Source of the DNA: an uncultured Acidobacteriota bacterium
GTDB lineage: Bacteria > Acidobacteriota > UBA6911
Length of the DNA: 64,000 nt
Direction of reading: 5' to 3'
NCBI GenBank assembly: GCA_963827655.1
Contig: CAWHCF010000043.1
Coordinates: 1 to 64,000 of the forward strand
Positions within the stretch are counted from its first letter, which is position 1. Each line of letters begins with the position of its first letter. A program made the translations under genes and the position numbers. The notes below the pieces were generated by a model, which was given only the letters and a program-made list of their open reading frames with translations, did no database searches and had not been told where the DNA came from. This document shows, in pieces, positions 23,289 to 33,787 of this stretch.

Positions 23289-23438
23289 ATGCTTTGGACC
23301 ATCTTTGTTATTCTGCTGATCATGTGGTTACTGGGGATGGTAACCTCGTACACATTGGGAGGGTTCATCCATCTCTTGTTGATCATCGCGATCGCTGTAA
23401 TTCTGATTCAAGTGATTCAAGGACGCAGGGTCGTCTAG
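23289..23438 (+). CDS. lmo0937-family small membrane protein (49 aa, not in ORF track)
   Basis: Own translation MLWTIFVILLIMWLLGMVTSYTLGGFIHLLLIIAIAVILIQVIQGRRVV; GGAGG RBS. Confidence 0.88.
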   Translation: MLWTIFVILLIMWLLGMVTSYTLGGFIHLLLIIAIAVILIQVIQGRRVV

Positions 23439-23456
23439 CGAGGGTACACACGAGCC

Positions 23457-23666
23457 ATGAGCGTGAAGACGATTGGCGTGATACTGATTGTCCTGGGGCT
23501 GGTGGCCTTGGCCTATCAGGGGATCAGTTACACGACTCGTGAGAAGGTTGTTGACTTAGGTCCGATTGAAGCCAGCAAAGAGACTAAAAGAACCATCCCG
23601 TTGCCGCCGGTAGTCGGCATCGTCTCGGTTGCGGGTGGAATCTTCTTGCTTCTGAAGAAGACCTGA
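23457..23666 (+). CDS. Small membrane protein (DUF3185-like)
   Basis: GISYTTREKVVDLGPIEAS...TIPLPP flanked by two TMs. Confidence 0.8.
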   Translation: MSVKTIGVILIVLGLVALAYQGISYTTREKVVDLGPIEASKETKRTIPLPPVVGIVSVAGGIFLLLKKT

Positions 23667-23667
23667 C

Positions 23668-24417
23668 CTACGACCGGCCGAAGCCTCCGTTGATGCTGAT
23701 TGCCTGGCCCGTTATCCAGGACGCGCGCTCCGATGCGAGAAAAACAATCATCGGAGCGATGTCGTCAGGAACACCCAGGCGTCCCAACGGATAATGGCGC
23801 GACCATTCTCGCTCTTGATCGGGCGTCAGATAGGAAGTCATAGACGTCCTGGTGACTCCAGGGCAGACGGCATTCACATTGATGTTGAAACGCCCAAGTT
23901 CGATTGACAGCGCTTTGGTAAAGGCAATAACCCCCCCTTTGGTAGCTGAATAGACCGCGATTCGTTTCTCGCCCACCTTTCCGGCCTCGCTGGCCAGGCT
24001 GATTATCTTCCCTGCCCGCTGCTCCATGAACGTTTGACTGACCGCATGACAGCAGTTCATCACTCCACGCAGGTTGACATCGATCTGCCTCATCCAGGAT
24101 TCGGGACTGGTCTCGGCGAATAGCCCGTGGTCGCCGATCCCTGCGCTATTCACGAGTATATCCAGCCGCCCGAAGTGTTCGAGCGCGGCGGCCACCGTTT
24201 GAACGCACTGCTGGTAGTCGCTCACATCCATGACCCTGCTCAGAACTTTGCCGCCTCTTCGCTGGAGATCATCGGCGGTTTCCTGAACCCGCTGCGGTTC
24301 CCTGTCGGCGATCAGCAGGCAGACTCCTTCTTCGATGAACATCTCGGCGCTACGCCGGCCCAGTCCCGAGGCGCCTCCCGTTATCAGTGCGACTTTATTG
24401 TGGAGATCAAGGTTCAA
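23668..24417 (-). CDS. SDR family oxidoreductase (FabG/BadH-like)
   Basis: TGGASGLG, NSAG, YSATK, VCPG. Confidence 0.92.
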   Translation of the reverse strand: MNLDLHNKVALITGGASGLGRRSAEMFIEEGVCLLIADREPQRVQETADDLQRRGGKVLSRVMDVSDYQQCVQTVAAALEHFGRLDILVNSAGIGDHGLFAETSPESWMRQIDVNLRGVMNCCHAVSQTFMEQRAGKIISLASEAGKVGEKRIAVYSATKGGVIAFTKALSIELGRFNINVNAVCPGVTRTSMTSYLTPDQEREWSRHYPLGRLGVPDDIAPMIVFLASERASWITGQAISINGGFGRS

Positions 24418-25631
24418 TGCGGCCTCTTCGGGGACGGATTCGGAATCGTTACGCCGAGGCGGTCAAGCTCGAGGATCTCCGCTCGGGTGAATCGCGCCGC
24501 TCGCAAGATCTGTCCCGTGTGTTGACCCAGTGATGGCGCTGCCAGCCTCCCATCCATCAGCTTGCCGTCCAGGCGTACCGGACTGCGTACCACACGATAG
24601 GGGCTGCCTTTATAAACGTCCATCTTGAAAAGACCATTGTGCCGAACCTGCTGGTCCTGAATTACCTGTTTGTACGAAAGAAGGGGGCCGCAGGGAACCA
24701 CCGGCTGGAGAATCTTCAACCATTGCGCCGTGGTTTTGGTTCGGAAGATTCTCGCCAGCACTCTTTCAAGCGCAGGCTTATTCGAGATCCGGCTTTGATG
24801 ATCGCTAAAGCGGGAGTCGCTTTGGAGTGAGGCTTGCCCCAGAGCTCTGCAGAATCTGTGCCAAAAGCGGCTGGTCGGCAGCGATATCATCAGTTGCCCG
24901 TCGGCAGTGGCAAAACAATTGCTGATCATGAAGTATGAACCATTCCCCACCCTGCGAGGGTCGTCGCCGATTACCGAGCTGTAAGTGAATAGATTGCCCT
25001 GAAGCGCGAGCACCGTATCCAGGAGCGCGCCTCCGACGCGAGCGCCGTGGCCTGTCTGCCGGCGCTGCAGCAAGCACGCGAGAATTCCCAGAGCGGTGAG
25101 AATTCCGGTTCCAACATCCACCACCGATGCCGCTGCCTTTGATCCCTTTCCTCGTGCCGGGCCGGTCAGACTCATCAACCCTCCTACGGCCTGGAACACG
25201 GCATCGAAACCGGGACGTTCGGACCGGGGTCCGGTCTGTCCGAAGGCGGAGACCGTCGCATAGATGAGACGAGGATTGATAGACGAGAGAGTTGGATAGT
25301 CGATCCGCAGCTTCCGCGCCGATCTCGGGAGCGAATTATGAATAAGAACGTCGGCGCGTCGAACGAGACGATGGAGAGCGTTCTGGCCTTCAACTCGCTT
25401 CAGGTCCAGAACCAGACTCTTCTTGTTTCGGTTCGCGTAAAGATAGAGTGTGCCGCTATCGACGAGATATGGAGGTCCCAGCGACCGGCTCAAATCACCT
25501 TCGGGGCCTTCTACCTTGATAACCTCGGCCCCCAGTCCAGCGAGCAGCATCCCGCAATAGGGTCCGGCCAGTACCTGGCTCAGGTCCAATACACGGATTC
25601 CCGATAGAGGACGGCTCAGGCGTGTATCCAC
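24414..25631 (-). CDS. CoA-transferase family III (CaiB/BaiF)
   Basis: PLSGIRVLDLSQVLAGP, NRNKKS, GFDAVFQA, APSLGQHT. Confidence 0.92.
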   Translation of the reverse strand: MDTRLSRPLSGIRVLDLSQVLAGPYCGMLLAGLGAEVIKVEGPEGDLSRSLGPPYLVDSGTLYLYANRNKKSLVLDLKRVEGQNALHRLVRRADVLIHNSLPRSARKLRIDYPTLSSINPRLIYATVSAFGQTGPRSERPGFDAVFQAVGGLMSLTGPARGKGSKAAASVVDVGTGILTALGILACLLQRRQTGHGARVGGALLDTVLALQGNLFTYSSVIGDDPRRVGNGSYFMISNCFATADGQLMISLPTSRFWHRFCRALGQASLQSDSRFSDHQSRISNKPALERVLARIFRTKTTAQWLKILQPVVPCGPLLSYKQVIQDQQVRHNGLFKMDVYKGSPYRVVRSPVRLDGKLMDGRLAAPSLGQHTGQILRAARFTRAEILELDRLGVTIPNPSPKRPH

Positions 25632-25650
25632 AATCCGGTAGCTTCCCCCC

Positions 25651-26124
25651 TCAGGTCTTGGTACGGGCGAGACGCCGTCTTGAGATATAGACGATCGGGG
25701 CGCCGACGATCCAGGTGGCGAGAGTGGGCGCGATCACCATCCAATTCAGGACGTGCATTCCAATATGCTGCCACGGGGTCGGATCAAAACCCAGGAACTC
25801 CCGTAACCGTTCGTGTTCGTGATACAGCGTCTCGGCTCCGGACAGATACGTGTATGCCAGCCCCGCAATATAAAGCAATTGACAGAGACCGAAGAGAATC
25901 AGATTGGCTAGCCACAGATGGAGATAAGACAGGTCCCACGCGCGCGCGATGCGGAAGGCCAGGTAGAGCATGCCGATCAATTCGACCGCAGTGAGACTGG
26001 CCAGGTAGACCAGGGCGCGCGGGGCGTGGGCCGCCGACAAGGCAAACCTCAGAATTCCGACGATAACTGCGATCCAGAGAAGAGGCTTCAGCAGCTTGAA
26101 GGTCTTTCCCATGATCTCTCGCAA
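25651..26124 (-). CDS. Hypothetical membrane protein
   Basis: About four hydrophobic segments; co-oriented with neighbours. Confidence 0.65.
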   Translation of the reverse strand: MREIMGKTFKLLKPLLWIAVIVGILRFALSAAHAPRALVYLASLTAVELIGMLYLAFRIARAWDLSYLHLWLANLILFGLCQLLYIAGLAYTYLSGAETLYHEHERLREFLGFDPTPWQHIGMHVLNWMVIAPTLATWIVGAPIVYISRRRLARTKT

Positions 26125-26152
26125 CCGAGTTTGCCGGTCTTCCGCCGAGGCC

Positions 26153-26518
26153 TTATCGCTTCAGTTCGACTTCGATCACATGCACCGCCGTCTTGCCCGA
26201 GTTTCGGATGCTATGAGTGACGCCGGCTTCGCGCCAGCCGGCGTCGCCATCCTTGAAGGTCACGCTCTCGGCTTTCCCTTTCTCGGTAAACTGAAGCGTT
26301 CCTCCCTTCACGATGACTCCGACGTGCGCGTATTCGTGCGTGTGAGGCGCGTACTCGACACCCGGCTCCATCAAGACTTCCCGGACGCGAACCCGGTCGT
26401 TTTCCAGAAGGGTTTTTCGCTTTTCTTCCGGCTTTTGAGCCAGCGAGACGATCGCGCCCAAAACACAAATAGACAGGGCTGAAAGAGTGATCCTGCGCAG
26501 GTTTCGCTTTTGTTTCAT
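26153..26518 (-). CDS. Secreted cupin-domain protein
   Basis: LLENDRVRV, HTHEY, HSIRNSG...IEVELK. Confidence 0.85.
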   Translation of the reverse strand: MKQKRNLRRITLSALSICVLGAIVSLAQKPEEKRKTLLENDRVRVREVLMEPGVEYAPHTHEYAHVGVIVKGGTLQFTEKGKAESVTFKDGDAGWREAGVTHSIRNSGKTAVHVIEVELKR

Positions 26519-26526
26519 GGATTCAC

Positions 26527-27309
26527 CTATCGAATCTGTGAGAAGGGCAAAGGGGCCATCAACTGGTTGGAGATTGACGATACCAGCTCGCGGTCGCTGT
26601 TTCCGGGAGCCGTCGACATCTTCTTCCACTCCGCATCCTGGCCGAACTTGGACCATGCCTCTGCTCGGGCTTCCCAGGACGGATAGTAGACCAGATAGGT
26701 CAGGTTAGGCATGCGAGCGCCAAAGACGGTCGCGCCAAAAAACACCGGATTAATCCCGACTCTCCGGAAAATACTGATTTCGCCGGTATCGAACATGGCG
26801 ATCTTTTTTTCGTGAGCCGAGACATTGCGAGACTCGTAAATCCGCAGCTCGAAGAGGTTGGACTTCCCTTCCGCCACCTGAGGCACTTCGATTCCCGGAA
26901 AGGTTTTGAAGCCCCGCAACAGAGCGGATTCCCGCCGCTCGTATGCCAGCTCCCATTTATCGTCGAAAGCGCGGAGTTCTTTCGACCATTTTTCATCCGA
27001 GAGCAACTTTGCCTGGGTCTCCTGGATTGCGGCCATCGACGGATACGAAGCCACCACCAGAAACGATGGATTGTCGGGACCGATCTGCGTCTGGAAAATC
27101 CCCACGGGCTTCACGCCGCAACGGCCGTAGGCCGGCAGCATACTGTCGCCCAGAAAAGCCCGCAGGCGCGCCAGATCCTGATCCCTCCTGCTGCGAAACC
27201 AGTCGAGAGTCAGGTAGCGTTCGCCTGGCTGAGCGCCGGCGTCTGTCCGCTGCAATCCGGACGCCAGCGCTAATGCGGTTACCGAGTGAACAAAGGTGCG
27301 GCGTTTCAT
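26527..27309 (-). CDS. NIPSNAP family protein with Tat-like signal
   Basis: MKRRTF, FELRIYES, MPNLTYL, WSKFGQDAEWK. Confidence 0.88.
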   Translation of the reverse strand: MKRRTFVHSVTALALASGLQRTDAGAQPGERYLTLDWFRSRRDQDLARLRAFLGDSMLPAYGRCGVKPVGIFQTQIGPDNPSFLVVASYPSMAAIQETQAKLLSDEKWSKELRAFDDKWELAYERRESALLRGFKTFPGIEVPQVAEGKSNLFELRIYESRNVSAHEKKIAMFDTGEISIFRRVGINPVFFGATVFGARMPNLTYLVYYPSWEARAEAWSKFGQDAEWKKMSTAPGNSDRELVSSISNQLMAPLPFSQIR

Positions 27310-27471
27310 CTTCCTCCTCCTGACGGGCGAGCCAGTCGCGAATCCTCGGATCGTCGGGTCCTGGCGGTTGATTCGAAGACCGCAGGATATCAAATCGTCG
27401 ATCTCTCGCCGACAAAATAGTAATTGAACAGTAGGTGGTCCTACCCTGGCGCGGATGTTCGTGTCCGACAC

Positions 27472-30400
27472 TCACGGCGCAGATGGTTGGATGGTGAGGG
27501 TTATCCGGATGTGCTTTTCACGGGATACGATTACCGCTCCCGTATATGTCCCGGCCGCCAGGCCGCGCGGGTTTACGGTGATGGTCAGATCTGAGAACGA
27601 GTTCTCGTCAGCGATCGTGCTCTGACTTAGACTCGCGGTCAGCCAAGGTGCATTGTCGCTCACGCTCACGTTAAGAGAGCGCGTCCCAACGTTGCGCACG
27701 ACGATAATCCTCGTCGAAGATGCCGGACCTATCAGCTCGAAAGAGACGCTCCGCTCGAGAATCTTGAGAATGCCCGATGGGGGCGTGCCACCGTACCGTG
27801 TGTCGATGGTTCCGCCGTAGCTGTTGCTGTAGAGATAAGGCTGGTGACTGAATGCGCTGAAATCGATGCCGATCGTCCCGGAATAAAGATCAGTATCCTC
27901 GAAGGTGTTACTTCGGACTACCGTATCGCTCTGCAGGCCGAGGAGGACAACATACTGATGTGCGTTCATGACGTGGTTATGTTCGACTACCGCGTTTTGC
28001 TGCCAGATCCGGTCGACTCCATAGAGATTAATATCTCCCACGGAGAGGGCATGATTCCTCGCCGCGCCTATTATGTTGTCAGCGATTGTGTTGAGATTGA
28101 GCAGCAGGTCCGCCGTCCGGTCCGGGTTCTCGATCCGGCTCCAACTCGTCACCCCGTATTTGATGTCTGTTATGGTGTTGCCCGTTACCGTGACGTTCCA
28201 GTTCGGGCAACCGTTGAGCATGAAACTCCCGCCGGCGCCAGCGACGCATGAGAGATTGACCAAGGCAGAGATTTGGACACCGGTAGTGGTAGTGCTGATA
28301 GTGTTATTCGCGACTACCAGATCCATGACGGTACCGAAAGCTTCGACGCCGGCGTTATACAGATCATCGGGAGCACTGAAGACTTGAGAGAATCCAGTCA
28401 GCGTGTTCGAGTAGACTGCGCTCCTGAAAGAGGCGTTGCTGATTGTGATGACGCTGGTCGTGTCCGGAGTAATGTCCCAAGGTCGATCAAGCGTGAGTTG
28501 GCTGGATGTGTTCGCGGTGATCCTCCGGTACTGTCCCGCTCCGGGTCCTTTTTGAATAAGCGCGACGGCCGGGTTGACGATCGACGGATCCTGCCAGGAT
28601 GTGTTATCGTCCCAGACGAAGCGCGAAGCTGCAAAAGGTGTTCCTAAGAAGGTCAGAGTGTTAGATCCCACGTTCATCGGTGATCCGGTGAAGTAAGTTC
28701 CCGCCGACTCAAAAAGAATCTGCTCCCCGCAAGTTCCGACGCGGCATCCCGTGCTCTGCGTCTCGTTGCCCCCGAGATAGTGGTGAGAGGTCGTCGATTG
28801 AAACGCTCCCTGCGTGAGCCACAACCGACAGAGGATGCTTCCGCCGGCCCGGTTCAGGCTGCGCCCGAGGTTGTTGCTGATGTCCATCTCATGGCTGCGC
28901 AGTGCGGCAATCGCCACAGTTCCAGGGCTGGCGTCGGCCTCGGGCCAATTGCCGTCGATTGTGTTGTTCTGGATGAATGCCTGAAACACTATGTAGAGCT
29001 GTATCGCCTGGGAAGACCTGAACTCGGAATTCGTGATAATCACGTCGTTGACCGAGCGCGTGTCGATGCACCGATATGCCGAAGTGGCCGCGTTCGGTGT
29101 GAGGAAGGCGACCGAGTCCACGATTGCCCCGGCGCGCGTCGGCGTTTGGTTGAATCCGTCGAAGAATATTATTCCCTGGCTCAGTCCGCGGGTGATCGAG
29201 CTATTGAAGCGCATATTTCTAATCCGCGTCGGCAGATCATTCACCTTGAAGACGCCTTGGCAACACCAGGTGGTTGCGGTTATGTCAATTGTAGTGCTGG
29301 CGATCCCGGCGCCGTTGATGTCGATCGCCGCGTTGATGTGGAGTTGGTCTGTGCCGGTCAACGTGAATGTCCCCGCGGGAATCGTTACGATATCCCCGTC
29401 TGCGGAAGCGTTGAAGGCCGCCTGAAAGGCCGAAGTGTCGTCTAGTCCGTCGTTGGCGACTGCGCCGAAAGACGTAACACTTCGGCTCGTCCCGGCCCAG
29501 GTGTAAGGATTGCTCGCTTCCACGCGGAGTTTCAGCGGCCCGCTCCAGCCGTACTCGCCGCCATGGTTGTTATGAATCCAGACCTCGTAATCAGCATTTG
29601 TCCTGACTCTCGGGATCGTGAATGTGACCTTGTACGGGTTGACAGACGAGACGATGCAGACGGTAGATGCCGTCCCCGACCCCGAGCCCCAAGGTCGGAT
29701 AAAGACACTGGAGGTTACAGTAGAGTTGTTTTTGGAGAGGTTGCGACCGTAGACGCTGATTGAGGCCCCGACGACTCCATGGTTAGGCCCGACCCACCAC
29801 GCTTCGGTCGCATTGACGCGGATCGGCCTACCGGCACCATTTTGGTTCTCCGGCCAAATGAGGTACATGCCGTAAGGAACGAAATCAGGAACGTAAGCAG
29901 TCACCGAGCCGATATCTTCCCTGAGAATTTGCGTGCTCCACAGCGTCGCGTTTGAGTTCTCAGTTTGCGAATAGAGCAGAACCCTGATATCAGACCCGGC
30001 TGCCGGGCCCGCGCGCGCCGTGAAATTTGATCCGTGAAGCACGAAGCTTCGGTCCGGTGATGCCTGGCGCGTGAATTCCGATACGACTGGAGTTCTTCTC
30101 GCAACGCTTCCGGTGAGAGATGGGTTGAACGTGTCCCCTGGTGCGGCAGGATTGTCGGGAGGACGCGTGTAGTTGTAGGCTAACAGATCGAGATCAAAGT
30201 TGGTCTCTCGATAGATTCCGCCGTTGTCCTTGAGAACTGGAGGCGGCAGAACGGTCGCTCTGATGGGGGTCTGCAGTATTGGTTTCGGCGGCGCGATGAC
30301 GGCCCAGATCTCGTTCCTGAACCCACTCTCGGCTCGGGTCGATGGCGCATGGCCGACGGCGTAAGTAGTGACGGCGGAGACATGCGCTCCCGGTGTCAAC

Positions 30401-30474
30401 GTGATGTCCTCCGCAGTTGCCGGGATCAGGCTTGCACGTACAGCAAACAGGAATAAGGCTAATCGTCCGGTCAT
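27472..30474 (-). CDS. Large secreted parallel beta-helix protein (pectate lyase 3/GH28-GH55-like start) with Ig-like N-terminal and BACON-like C-terminal domains
   Basis: Signal peptide, SVTSFGAVANDGLDDTSAFQAAF...IPAGTF, Asn-ladder repeats, APWLTAS...VNPRGLAAGTYTG. Confidence 0.75.
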   Translation of the reverse strand: MTGRLALFLFAVRASLIPATAEDITLTPGAHVSAVTTYAVGHAPSTRAESGFRNEIWAVIAPPKPILQTPIRATVLPPPVLKDNGGIYRETNFDLDLLAYNYTRPPDNPAAPGDTFNPSLTGSVARRTPVVSEFTRQASPDRSFVLHGSNFTARAGPAAGSDIRVLLYSQTENSNATLWSTQILREDIGSVTAYVPDFVPYGMYLIWPENQNGAGRPIRVNATEAWWVGPNHGVVGASISVYGRNLSKNNSTVTSSVFIRPWGSGSGTASTVCIVSSVNPYKVTFTIPRVRTNADYEVWIHNNHGGEYGWSGPLKLRVEASNPYTWAGTSRSVTSFGAVANDGLDDTSAFQAAFNASADGDIVTIPAGTFTLTGTDQLHINAAIDINGAGIASTTIDITATTWCCQGVFKVNDLPTRIRNMRFNSSITRGLSQGIIFFDGFNQTPTRAGAIVDSVAFLTPNAATSAYRCIDTRSVNDVIITNSEFRSSQAIQLYIVFQAFIQNNTIDGNWPEADASPGTVAIAALRSHEMDISNNLGRSLNRAGGSILCRLWLTQGAFQSTTSHHYLGGNETQSTGCRVGTCGEQILFESAGTYFTGSPMNVGSNTLTFLGTPFAASRFVWDDNTSWQDPSIVNPAVALIQKGPGAGQYRRITANTSSQLTLDRPWDITPDTTSVITISNASFRSAVYSNTLTGFSQVFSAPDDLYNAGVEAFGTVMDLVVANNTISTTTTGVQISALVNLSCVAGAGGSFMLNGCPNWNVTVTGNTITDIKYGVTSWSRIENPDRTADLLLNLNTIADNIIGAARNHALSVGDINLYGVDRIWQQNAVVEHNHVMNAHQYVVLLGLQSDTVVRSNTFEDTDLYSGTIGIDFSAFSHQPYLYSNSYGGTIDTRYGGTPPSGILKILERSVSFELIGPASSTRIIVVRNVGTRSLNVSVSDNAPWLTASLSQSTIADENSFSDLTITVNPRGLAAGTYTGAVIVSREKHIRITLTIQPSAP

Positions 30475-31010
30475 TTTTGTTCCTCATTGGTTGGGTAATG
30501 TTGGTGTATTGCTTGGGTTGTCAGACGTGCGCTGGCATCGATCGAGCGCTGAGGGGTGACGGTCTGTCGGTAGCCTCAATGACATGATCGAAGAAAGCAC
30601 CATGTTCGAATTCGAAGTTGTTGTACGCAACGTTCTTATTGGGGTTAACTTCGCCGTCGGCAATCCGCTGGCCCTCCCCGAAGCTCCTACCAGGTCGTGG
30701 GATGAGCGCGTCGTCGTAGACGCGGGTTTGCGCGGTCTGGACCTGGCGATGTTCCGGTCGGGAAGCTGGCGAAGTCCGACCCAACCTCAAACACACTGGT
30801 ATTGACCAGCGCTGTACCGGTCGCCCATCACCGTCGCGACCTGGTTAAAGCGGAATATCTGTAAGTCCTCGGTGCCTGGCCGCTGTCCGTGCCGCCACTA
30901 ATGCGCACAAAGCAGCAAAAACACGGACGATGGCGAAGCACCGCAGTCGAGCGTGATCGAACCAGCGCGCCAGCCTGCGCAATGGCCGCTGACGCAGTTG
31001 CATACAATCT

Positions 31011-31052
31011 CGGGGGAACTGATCGGGGGAACTGATCGGGGGAACTGATCGG
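31011..31052. repeat. Tandem repeat CGGGGGAACTGAT x3
   Basis: Three exact 13-bp units read directly. Confidence 0.9.
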
Positions 31053-31374
31053 CGTTGAGGCTATCTACGTTCCAGTGTACGAGGCGCTATTTGCGGGGAC
31101 TTGATTGGTGTTGATCTCGAAATCGCGAGCGTTGAGCGATCGGCTTGAGCTGTACGTGATGATGCCGCGCTTCCGTTCGAATATACACCTCAGTGGCGGG
31201 CAATGTCATCAAAATCGTCAGAGCGTGGAATTCGGCAGGAAGGCGCACAAAAAGCAAGCGCTGCGATATCAAATGGATTCCAAATCTGATATCTTGATTT
31301 GATTCTGAGGCATTCAGTTTTCGCCGTCTCTAAGCTATCCCCTGAAACTCGAAGACGCCAGGAAGCGGGAATCT

Positions 31375-32940
31375 ATGAGGCTGTACGATCGTACCTTGCC
31401 GTTGCGCAAGTATCCGCATTCGCTGACCGAGATCATGGAGATCACTGCCCATGCTGTTCCGGAGCGCACAGCCCTGATTTATGAACAGGAGTTTATCGGC
31501 TTTGCCACGCTGCTGGAGCGCATGAAGCGCGTAGCTTCATTTTTGCGTGATCGGGGAATTCAACCGGGCGATCGTATCGCTCTCCAGGTCGACAACCGTC
31601 CCGAATTCGCTTATATCACGGGCGGCGTTTTGATGTCCGGAGCCGTGCTTGTCGCCATGAACGTGATGTATCTCGAAGATGAGATCCGATATATCCTTCA
31701 GAACTCCGGGGCACGAATGTTGTTCACGATCGACGCGCTCGCCGGCCGGGCACTGGCCGTTCGCGGAGACGTTCCTGCTCTCGAGGACGTGATCGTCATC
31801 GGCGGGTCGCGCCCTGGCTGTACGCCTTTCGAAGCGGTCGCGTCCTGCGCGACCGAGAACGAAATCCGATACCCGCACGGAGACGATCTCGCTTTGCTGC
31901 AGTATACCTCCGGAACTACAGGCAGGCCGAAGGGGGCGATGCTGACCCATAAGAACGTGGTCTCCTGCCTCGATATGATGGCCAACGTGAAGCAGTCACG
32001 GCTCAAGGAAGGGGACGTTGTGCTGCTGGTACTCCCGCTGTTCCACTGCTACGGACTGATTCTCGGACTGTTCGGGTGCACCACGTACGGCTCGACCACG
32101 GTTCTGGTCAACCGGTTTGATCCCGTGGAGATTTTCAGGTTATTTGAAAAGCACCGCGTTACGGTTTTCTATGGCGCTCCGCCAATGTATGTCGGGTTCG
32201 TGAATACGCCGGGTCTGGATAAGTTCGACGTTTCATCGCTCGACCGCTGCGGGTCAGGCGCGGCTCCGCTTCCGGTCGCCGTGCTGGAGCGGTTCCGGCA
32301 GCTGACTGGCGTCGAGATCACGGAAGGATATGGCCTCACGGAAAGCTCTCCAACCATTTGCACCAACGCCAATGCAGAAGCCTGCCGACCTGGGACCGTG
32401 GGGAAGGCTCTTCCACGAGTCGACGTGCGCATCGTTGACAATGATGGGCGCGACGTTGCGCCGGGAGAGGTTGGCGAGCTTGTCGCGCGGGGCGACAATA
32501 TTTTCGTCGGGTACTGGAACAACGAACCAGCGACCCGGGAAGCCTTGCGCGACGGCTGGTTTTACACCGGCGATATGGCGCGGATGGACGAGAACGGGTA
32601 TTTCAGCATCGTGGATCGCAAGAAAGACATGGTGATTGTAAGCGGATACAATGTGTACCCGGTCGAGGTAGAGAATGAACTCTTCCGGCACGCGGGCATC
32701 GCCGATGCCGCAGTAATCGGGGTACCGGATCCGTATCAGGGAGAATCGGTCATGGCCGTGATCGTACCGCGCGCCGGAGCAAATCTGACCGAGGAAGAAG
32801 TGATTGGCTTTTTGAAAGCTCGGCTGGCAACGTTCAAGGTTCCGAAACACGTTGCCTTTGTCGACAGTCTTCCCAAGAACCGAACGGGCAAGGTGCTGAA
32901 GCGAGTCCTGCGCGAACAGTTTCGCCAGGTAGACGCCTAG
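31375..32940 (+). CDS. fadD: Long-chain fatty-acid--CoA ligase
   Basis: YTSGTTGRPKG, EGYGLTE, TGD, DRKKDM, LPKNRTGKVLK. Confidence 0.9.
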   Translation: MRLYDRTLPLRKYPHSLTEIMEITAHAVPERTALIYEQEFIGFATLLERMKRVASFLRDRGIQPGDRIALQVDNRPEFAYITGGVLMSGAVLVAMNVMYLEDEIRYILQNSGARMLFTIDALAGRALAVRGDVPALEDVIVIGGSRPGCTPFEAVASCATENEIRYPHGDDLALLQYTSGTTGRPKGAMLTHKNVVSCLDMMANVKQSRLKEGDVVLLVLPLFHCYGLILGLFGCTTYGSTTVLVNRFDPVEIFRLFEKHRVTVFYGAPPMYVGFVNTPGLDKFDVSSLDRCGSGAAPLPVAVLERFRQLTGVEITEGYGLTESSPTICTNANAEACRPGTVGKALPRVDVRIVDNDGRDVAPGEVGELVARGDNIFVGYWNNEPATREALRDGWFYTGDMARMDENGYFSIVDRKKDMVIVSGYNVYPVEVENELFRHAGIADAAVIGVPDPYQGESVMAVIVPRAGANLTEEEVIGFLKARLATFKVPKHVAFVDSLPKNRTGKVLKRVLREQFRQVDA

Positions 32941-32977
32941 GAAAAGCTTGTGTCACGCAACCGCGAAGGCGCAAAGC

Positions 32978-33751
32978 ATGACTTTTGATCATGAGATGGA
33001 TGTGGCGCTCCGCACCGGCCGGCGTGCCGGTGAAGTCGCCCTGCGCTACTTCGCCCAGGAGGGCGCAGGCGAGCAAGAAAAAGAGGATCTCTCTCCCGTC
33101 ACCATCGCCGACACAGAATGTGAGAAGCTCATCACCCGGCTCTTGTCCGAAGAGTTCCCCGAGGACGGCATCATAGGCGAGGAAGGCGCTTTCAGAAGTT
33201 CGCGTTCAGGGCGCCGCTGGATCATTGACCCTATTGACGGCACTCGAGATTTCGTGCGCCGCACGCCTTTCTGGGCCGTTCAGATTGCGCTGGAAGCCGA
33301 TAGCCAGATAGTCCTCGGCCTTATCTATTTTCCTCGCCTCGAGGAGATGTTTCATGCCCTGAGAGGCGCCGGCTGCTTCTGGAACGATGCCCCCACCCGC
33401 GTATCTCAGGTTAACCGGCTGGAGCGAGCTCTGCTGATGATCAACGGATTCGCTCCGCTGTGGAGCAAGACAGGAACAGATCCAATCCGGTTTCTTACCG
33501 AGACCTGCTGGACCGTGCGAAGCTATAGCGGTTGTTATGACGTCACTATGATTGCCCGAGGGAAAGCGGATATCTGGATCAGCGGCAGTGGCAGGGAGTG
33601 GGATTACGCTCCGGCCAAGGTGATCGCCGAGGAATGCGGCGCCCGTTTTTTCAATATGAATGGCAACGATCGCATTGACGCGGATAACTGCATCATCTGC
33701 ACTCCGGGACTAGAACCCGACCTCCGAAAAGTGCTCTGCGCGCCGAAGTGA
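32978..33751 (+). CDS. Inositol monophosphatase family protein (HisN-like)
   Basis: SPVTIAD, GEE, WIIDPIDGT, WDYAP. Confidence 0.88.
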   Translation: MTFDHEMDVALRTGRRAGEVALRYFAQEGAGEQEKEDLSPVTIADTECEKLITRLLSEEFPEDGIIGEEGAFRSSRSGRRWIIDPIDGTRDFVRRTPFWAVQIALEADSQIVLGLIYFPRLEEMFHALRGAGCFWNDAPTRVSQVNRLERALLMINGFAPLWSKTGTDPIRFLTETCWTVRSYSGCYDVTMIARGKADIWISGSGREWDYAPAKVIAEECGARFFNMNGNDRIDADNCIICTPGLEPDLRKVLCAPK

Positions 33752-33787
33752 AACCACAAAACGCGAAGACCCAAGAAACACCAAAAT

